Assembly (NCBI GenBank): GCA_965214605.1
Contig: OZ243961.1
Location: forward strand, 2,336,001-2,400,000
Source of the DNA: an uncultured Candidatus Binatia bacterium
GTDB lineage: Bacteria > Desulfobacterota > Binatia > Bin18
DNA length: 64,000 nucleotides
Reading direction: 5' to 3'
Shown here piece after piece: positions 60,227 to 64,000 of this stretch. The translations under genes and the position numbers were made by a program. Positions within the stretch are counted from its first letter, which is position 1, and every line of letters begins with the position of its first letter. Below the pieces are notes generated by a model. It was not told where the DNA came from and searched no databases. It was given only the letters and a program-made list of their open reading frames with translations.

Positions 60227-61834
60227 TTACATATCGATGAGCACCCCGGGATTCAACAGACCCTTTGGATCAAGCGATTCCTTGGCTGCCCGCAGAGCAG
60301 TGGCAAACAATTCCGGACGCTGACGGTCGTACTGGGGCCGATGGATACGCCCGACCGAATGGTGGTGGGTGACCGTGCCACCGTATTTGACCACAGCGTC
60401 CGCGGCCGCGGTCTTAATCTCCTGCCACTGCTGGAGTGCACCGGCGTGCGTACCAATTCCGGTAAAGGTGTAATACGGGGCTGGACCGTCGGGATAGACG
60501 TGGGTAAAGCGACACGACAGCAATCCTCCACCGCACACTTCGTCAAGCGCTTTTTGGATATCGGCTTGCACCCTGGCGTGAAATTCGTCGAAACGCTGCC
60601 ACGGAATCGAACTCTCGACCGTATCGAAAATCGCTCCCATCGCCGCGATCGTCCCCATTTGATACGGCATGCGCAGAAAGGCGTTGCGCCAGTCGCCGAC
60701 CGAGCCGCCGCGTCCGGTGGTTTCTCCGTCTCCTCGAACGACGACGCCGTTTGGCGTGGTTCCACCGTGGTCAGCGCAACACTCTAGGGCGTGCTTGATC
60801 CAGGTCTCCAGCCCGTGGTCGGCCGATTCAAACCCCAGCATCAGCATCGTCCCCCCGCCATCGCTGACCTTGTTGCGTTTGACCTCGGCCGGGTCTAGCA
60901 GCCGGCAGTTGGCCGGATATAGCCCGGTCTGGCTAAGCGCCCGCACCGCAGCCACGCCGGACTCAAACCGCTCAAAATGCACCCCGGCAGAGGCGCGGTA
61001 GACCGGGCGGTCCTGGAGACGCATCCACGCCTCGGTGATGATACCCAGAATCCCTTCTGAGCCGATAAACAGACGATCTGGACTTGGGCCGGCTCCAGAG
61101 CCCGGCAGCCGACGCGATTCGAGCGTGCCACGTGGTGTCACCACCCGGAGGGATTCGACAAAGTCATCAATATGGGTGTACAGGGTGGCAAAATGGCCGC
61201 CCGAGCGGGTTGCAATCCAGCCACCCAGGCTGGAGAACTCAAACGACTGCGGATAGTGACGGAGGGTATAGCCGTGCGGCCGCAGCTGGTTTTCCAGCGC
61301 CGGTCCATACACGCCGGCCTGAATGCGGGCGGCGCGAGAGCTTGGGTCGATGGCTAACACCTTGTCGAGAGAGCGCAGATCAATCGACACACTGGCCGGA
61401 TAGGTATCGCTGGGCGGAGGCTCAACCCCACCGGCGGCGCTTGACCCTCCGCCAAACGGAATCGCCACTGCTCCGGCCTGATAACACCAGTCGAGCACCG
61501 AAACAACGTCGTGCTCGGTTTTGGGGAAGGCAACAATATCGGGCGGGTTGGGGAACTCGGCATGGACGGCCCGCAATAGGTCTGGGCAGGCCTTGCCGTA
61601 GGAGTGGGCCGCGCGGTCGTAGGTTGTGGTGGAACACATGGCCTGCAAAGAAGCCGGCGGTGTGATACGCGGCGGGCGGAGTTCTATCTCTTCGACCTTG
61701 GGCAGGGGACGGAGATCAAAGTCCGTTTTCCCTAAACTGGCGGCCAGGGCTTTGGCAATTGCTTTTTGTTGGTCCGGCGTTGGCTGTTCGTCCTCATATC
61801 CCCAGCCCCAAATCGTGGTGCGACGTTGTGACAT
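60227..61834 (-). CDS. FAD-binding oxidoreductase (alkyl-DHAP synthase-like)
   Basis: WGWG, PFGGGSS..GG, HYPQSFEFSSLGGWIATRSGG, GSEGILGII, THVYPDG, THHHSVG, LNPG; start MSQRR. Confidence 0.9.
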   Translation of the reverse strand: MSQRRTTIWGWGYEDEQPTPDQQKAIAKALAASLGKTDFDLRPLPKVEEIELRPPRITPPASLQAMCSTTTYDRAAHSYGKACPDLLRAVHAEFPNPPDIVAFPKTEHDVVSVLDWCYQAGAVAIPFGGGSSAAGGVEPPPSDTYPASVSIDLRSLDKVLAIDPSSRAARIQAGVYGPALENQLRPHGYTLRHYPQSFEFSSLGGWIATRSGGHFATLYTHIDDFVESLRVVTPRGTLESRRLPGSGAGPSPDRLFIGSEGILGIITEAWMRLQDRPVYRASAGVHFERFESGVAAVRALSQTGLYPANCRLLDPAEVKRNKVSDGGGTMLMLGFESADHGLETWIKHALECCADHGGTTPNGVVVRGDGETTGRGGSVGDWRNAFLRMPYQMGTIAAMGAIFDTVESSIPWQRFDEFHARVQADIQKALDEVCGGGLLSCRFTHVYPDGPAPYYTFTGIGTHAGALQQWQEIKTAAADAVVKYGGTVTHHHSVGRIHRPQYDRQRPELFATALRAAKESLDPKGLLNPGVLIDM

Positions 61835-61853
61835 GTCTGGATTCCTCCTCTGC

Positions 61854-63473
61854 CTAATACCGCCCAAACGGCGGAGCATCAATTGTCGTTTGCAGCTCAA
61901 TCAGGTGCATTTCATCACGGCTGAGCGAGTTCTCCAGAGCTTCGGCCAAACCCTCGGGCGAGTTGACCCGGCTTGCGGCCACGCCAAAGGCGGTGGCAAA
62001 GGTCATAAAATCCGGATTTGTCAAACGGGCCTGATACTCCTCTTGATAGGCTGTGCGCTGCAAGTAGCCGATCACTCCATAGGCGTTATCGTTTACCACA
62101 ATCAGCGGAAAGCCGATCTGGTGATGCACACAGGTGGCAAGCTCCTGAGCGGTGTACAAAAAGCCACCGTCGCCAATAACGGCGACGACCGGTTTGTCCG
62201 GACAGGCGACTTTGACGCCGATTGCAGCCGGAAAGCTAAAGCCTAAGAGTCCCGAGCCCTTGGCGCCGACCAGACCGTTTGGCCGATAGGAGGGGTAAAA
62301 ATATTCGGCCCAGTAGGCGAGCTGGGTGTTGTCAATCACCAGCGCGCTGTCCCGCGCTAAGACCTGACGGATTGTTTTGAGATAGCGCACGGCGGCTAAC
62401 TCGTGCTCAAGGCGGGACAGCGCCTCATCCGCCTGCTGACGCCAGACCTTGACCCGTTGCTGGCGGGGACCGGTGTACGGCTCGCCCTCTAATCGACCGC
62501 GTAGTTCACGCGTAATTGCCGGCACGTCACCAATGAGGGGGAGCGGAGTTGGGTAATTTCTGCCAATCCAGCGTTCGTCCCAATCGATATGAATGACCTG
62601 CTCGGGCAGCACCAGCCCGCGTCGCTTGGCGTCGACCTCACGGAGACGAGTCCCAACCACAAGAGCCACATCACAGTGTGGCATGACCTCGTGGATGGCT
62701 AGACGACGGGCCGCATTGCCCAAAGACAGGGGGTGATCTTCGGCAATCACCCCTTTGCCCGGCGTACTCGTCAGCACCGGGGCGCACAACGCTTGCGCAA
62801 GTGCGCTAATATCGGCCGTCAGCCCGGCGCGGACCGCGTCCGTGCCGGTCAGTATGATCGGCTGTTTGGCTCGGCGCAAAAGGGCGACGGCTTCGTTAAG
62901 CCGGCGCGGCATTGGCGGAGGCGTCGACGGGTCGGGAACGCTGGCCGGCGGGCTCGGTGGGGTCAGCTCGCCGGCCAGCACGTCGGTCGGAACTTCTACA
63001 CACACCGGGCCGGGCCGTCCGCTGGTGGCCAACCGGATTGCCCGCGTCGTGAGCGCCCGAAGATCCTCCCCGGAGCGAGGCGTAAAAGTTGCTTTGGTGA
63101 GGGTCCGGAACAGAGAGGTTTGTTCCTCAAGTTCGTGGAGGGCGCCCAAGCCCAGGCCGATTTTTGCCGCGTCGATATTACTCGTCAGCATCAGGACCGG
63201 TGAACAGCTCCCCCAGGCTTCCTGTAGCGCAGAAACCGTAAAACCGGCGCCCGGTCCGGTAGAGGCAATAATGACGCCAAGACCCGTGAGGCGAGCGTAG
63301 CCGTCGGCCATATGGGTCGCCGCGGCCTCGTGACGACAGACAATATGCCGGATGGACGGTTCGCGGCGGAGGGCGTCATAGATGCTAATATTATGAATGC
63401 TGGGGATGCCGAAGATGGTGTCTACTCCGGCGTCTTTCAGCGCCTGGACAACCCCGTCTGCTCCGCGTGGCAT
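61854..63473 (-). CDS. Thiamine pyrophosphate-binding protein (acetolactate synthase-like)
   Basis: FGIP, RHEAAATHMADGYAR, TGPG, GDGGF..NDNAYG. Confidence 0.93.
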   Translation of the reverse strand: MPRGADGVVQALKDAGVDTIFGIPSIHNISIYDALRREPSIRHIVCRHEAAATHMADGYARLTGLGVIIASTGPGAGFTVSALQEAWGSCSPVLMLTSNIDAAKIGLGLGALHELEEQTSLFRTLTKATFTPRSGEDLRALTTRAIRLATSGRPGPVCVEVPTDVLAGELTPPSPPASVPDPSTPPPMPRRLNEAVALLRRAKQPIILTGTDAVRAGLTADISALAQALCAPVLTSTPGKGVIAEDHPLSLGNAARRLAIHEVMPHCDVALVVGTRLREVDAKRRGLVLPEQVIHIDWDERWIGRNYPTPLPLIGDVPAITRELRGRLEGEPYTGPRQQRVKVWRQQADEALSRLEHELAAVRYLKTIRQVLARDSALVIDNTQLAYWAEYFYPSYRPNGLVGAKGSGLLGFSFPAAIGVKVACPDKPVVAVIGDGGFLYTAQELATCVHHQIGFPLIVVNDNAYGVIGYLQRTAYQEEYQARLTNPDFMTFATAFGVAASRVNSPEGLAEALENSLSRDEMHLIELQTTIDAPPFGRY

Positions 63474-63489
63474 GCCAACTCCCTTCTCC

Positions 63490-64000
63490 CTACTTAATCA
63501 CGCCCTGTTGCAGCAGCCGCTCTAGCTCCGCATCCTTGCATCCCAGCTCGTGCAGGACTTCCCGCGTGTGCTGACCCAGGGTGGGCGGAGCCAAACGTAC
63601 CGCACCTGGTGTCTTTTTCAGCTTGGCCGGGATACCGCCGACCTTGATCTTTCCGACCCGGGCATGTTTAACCTCGACCGCCATCCTGTTGTGCTCCACC
63701 TGCGGGTCGGCAAAGGTTTCACGGTAGGTATTCACCGGGGCAGCCATCACGTCGGCCTCAGTCAGGCGACGCATCATCTCGTCGCCGTCGTGGTGGCCAA
63801 ACGCGGCCTGAATCTCGGCGTTCAGGGCCGCCTCGTGTTCCAGCCGACTTTCGCCGGTCTCAAAGCGGGGGTCGCTGATCAGATCCTCCCGGTCGAGCGC
63901 GCGGCAGATGTTGTGGAAGAACTTGTTGTTAAACGACGCAATCTGGATCTCCCGCCCGTCCCGACAGGTGAAGGTCCCGTACGGGGCGTAAAACGGGCTG
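63490..64000 (-). CDS. Family III CoA transferase (CaiB/BaiF), 5' end beyond window
   Basis: APYGTFTCRDG..DPRF..APVN..DPQVEH..PPTLGQHTREVL; reading frame open to the window edge. Confidence 0.88.
   Translation of the reverse strand, partial: SPFYAPYGTFTCRDGREIQIASFNNKFFHNICRALDREDLISDPRFETGESRLEHEAALNAEIQAAFGHHDGDEMMRRLTEADVMAAPVNTYRETFADPQVEHNRMAVEVKHARVGKIKVGGIPAKLKKTPGAVRLAPPTLGQHTREVLHELGCKDAELERLLQQGVIK

Overview
High-GC bacterial chromosome segment. The core gene content (three LLM oxidoreductases, acyl-CoA dehydrogenase, family III CoA transferase, CocE/NonD hydrolase, fhs, clpB, hflKC) resembles Deltaproteobacteria/Binatia-type genomes, but that taxonomy is an unverified impression. 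Bases 1 to about 16.5 kb form a decaying defence/mobile island. It holds several tyrosine-recombinase remnants, a single-chain R-M gene with a Type ISP-like C-terminus plus two orphan copies of its 3' end, two higBA modules that each lead into an R-M gene, an MmeI-like pseudogene, and intact cargo genes (HEPN-like protein, Type II MTase+REase, DUF5131+TcmP, PIN pair). One layout occurs twice: an integrase 3' end and an R-M 3' end face each other with different cargo between them, suggesting a swappable defence slot. Right of the island, a secreted Ig-like protein with an Asn-rich tandem-repeat tail sits just upstream of an STT3/AglB-like GT-C membrane transferase, a candidate dedicated protein-glycosylation pair. 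The rest (20.7-64 kb) is mostly housekeeping and catabolic genes, with a small eroded islet at about 34-37.9 kb and a GmrSD-like gene after an RND operon. No tRNA, rRNA or CRISPR array was recognised. All calls come from motif recognition by eye; no database searches were run.
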